Shown here: one piece after another, positions 63,002-64,000 of the stretch
Layout of the letters: every line of letters begins with the position of its first letter
Position numbering within the stretch: position 1 is the stretch's first letter
Origin: Escherichia phage vB_EcoM_VR20
Reading direction: 5' to 3' (one strand)
DNA: 64,000 nucleotides
Sequence record: NC_028894.1
Position numbers and translations under genes: made by a program
The notes under the pieces: model-generated
What the model was told of the DNA's origin: nothing
The model's database searches: none
The model's input: only the letters and a program-made list of their open reading frames with translations

Positions 63002-63456
63002 AATGCATCTCTCAATTGGTTAAGTATGTCAATAAATTCTTGTTCAGTCAATATTGTATCATGAACAGTAAGGTGGCTCGCCATCGAATGCTTTAAAACT
63101 TTGCCCTTTGTAGCTTGTAATGCGTCGCGGAATCCTTTGTTTTGGAGCGCTGCTTCAAAATATGCATTTGTATACAACTCTTTCCATGATGTAGAGTATC
63201 TTGAAAAGGGAATTCCAAGCCAGAAAAGCGTCCCACGGTCCGCAGCTCTAGCATAAGCTCTTCCACTTTGCTGGGCGGCCAATCCGGACATCCCAAATAT
63301 ACGTTTTTGTTGTTCACAATTTCTCACCTTACACCCTTGCAGGAAGCCTTCAAGACCTCCAAACTGGATGCCCTCCATAACAAAAGGCCATTTAGCAAAG
63401 TTACTTAATGCGCATGATGGCCATGGGAAATTGCTTCTGATTTCTAACTCAGACAT
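62998..63456 (-). CDS. hypothetical protein, possibly NADAR/YbiA-like (30.3-like)
   Basis: ATG at 63456 (track start is GTG); LSNF...EG..F.....EGFLQGCK pattern resembles NADAR domains; unverified. Confidence 0.45.
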   Translation of the reverse strand: MSELEIRSNFPWPSCALSNFAKWPFVMEGIQFGGLEGFLQGCKVRNCEQQKRIFGMSGLAAQQSGRAYARAADRGTLFWLGIPFSRYSTSWKELYTNAYFEAALQNKGFRDALQATKGKVLKHSMASHLTVHDTILTEQEFIDILNQLRDAL

Positions 63457-63661
63457 CTTTGACACTTACTACATCAACGTTTGCCCAATGACCATAACCA
63501 GGTAGACGGTCTTTAATAGATAATCCACCGTCAGATTTCAGCATTTTAATTGTTTTAGTATATGGTTCAATATTTCGGGCCCATGGACTCACGTCAGTTA
63601 CGCGATAAGTAACTTCAACCATTTCTGTGCCCAAAATTTTCTGAATCAGTTTCTTAAACAT
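63449..63661 (-). CDS. small hypothetical protein
   Basis: ATG at 63661; 70 aa. Confidence 0.45.
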   Translation of the reverse strand: MFKKLIQKILGTEMVEVTYRVTDVSPWARNIEPYTKTIKMLKSDGGLSIKDRLPGYGHWANVDVVSVKDV

Positions 63662-63662
63662 A

Positions 63663-63857
63663 TTATCCTCGCCTTAAACATTTGATTACAGACAGTTCAC
63701 CGTCCATGCGAACGTCTTCAGTTCCATCAACCCACAGGACTACGTAGGCTTCTTTAATTTGTGTATTACCCAATTTAAAAGCAGGCAAAACCTTAGAAAT
63801 CATTCCAGGAATACCTACGCCTTTTAACTGGACAGTTTGTGATAAGAATAGTTGCAT
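63663..63857 (-). CDS. small hypothetical protein
   Basis: ATG at 63857 overlapping the upstream stop (TAATG); 64 aa. Confidence 0.45.
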   Translation of the reverse strand: MQLFLSQTVQLKGVGIPGMISKVLPAFKLGNTQIKEAYVVLWVDGTEDVRMDGELSVIKCLRRG

Positions 63858-64000
63858 TAAAACCTCATCTGAAACCCGTGTGATTTAACATTGCCACCAT
63901 AGATGTCAGACGTATTGACTTCACGAGCAGCACTTGGGTCGATATTGATATCATGGTTGAGCTTAGTGATTGCCAGGGTATCACGACCATTAACAGTACG
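63857..64000 (-). CDS. hypothetical protein, partial (3' end in window, start beyond window end)
   Basis: Frame open from the window end to TAA at 63859..63857. Confidence 0.35.
   Translation of the reverse strand, partial: RTVNGRDTLAITKLNHDINIDPSAAREVNTSDIYGGNVKSHGFQMRF

Overview
The window reads as one contiguous segment of a T4-like (Tevenvirinae-type) myovirus genome. Calls rest on gene order, protein length and motifs visible in the supplied translations, compared with T4 from memory; no database search was run. Coordinates 1-12.5 kb are a minus-strand early/accessory region: small genes of unknown function, two tRNA genes, a tandem cassette of five small genes whose products all begin with a T4 internal-protein-type capsid targeting sequence (MKTYQEFINE-like), then the conserved block 57B-57A-1-3-2-4. 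From 12.5 kb the plus strand carries the late structural module in T4 order: 53, 5 (hub/lysozyme), 5.1, 5.4 (PAAR), 6-12, wac, 13-15, terminase 16/17, 18, 19, portal 20, 67, 68, 21, 22, 23, then two tandem gene 24 paralogs. After that come rnlB, hoc, inh, uvsW, uvsY, baseplate hub genes 25/26/51/27/28/29/48/54, alt, DNA ligase and 30.x-like genes. Regulatory signals are readable directly: T4-type late promoters (TATAAATA) ahead of late genes, early promoters (-35 GT(G/T)TAC, -10 (C/T)ATAAT) ahead of minus-strand early genes, and many GC-rich tetraloop hairpins with U-runs. The most interesting content is the hypervariable early region: the internal-protein-like cassette (candidate injected anti-defence effectors), reused promoter/leader cassettes, genes sharing a C-terminal module, and a small early gene inserted between genes 23 and 24.
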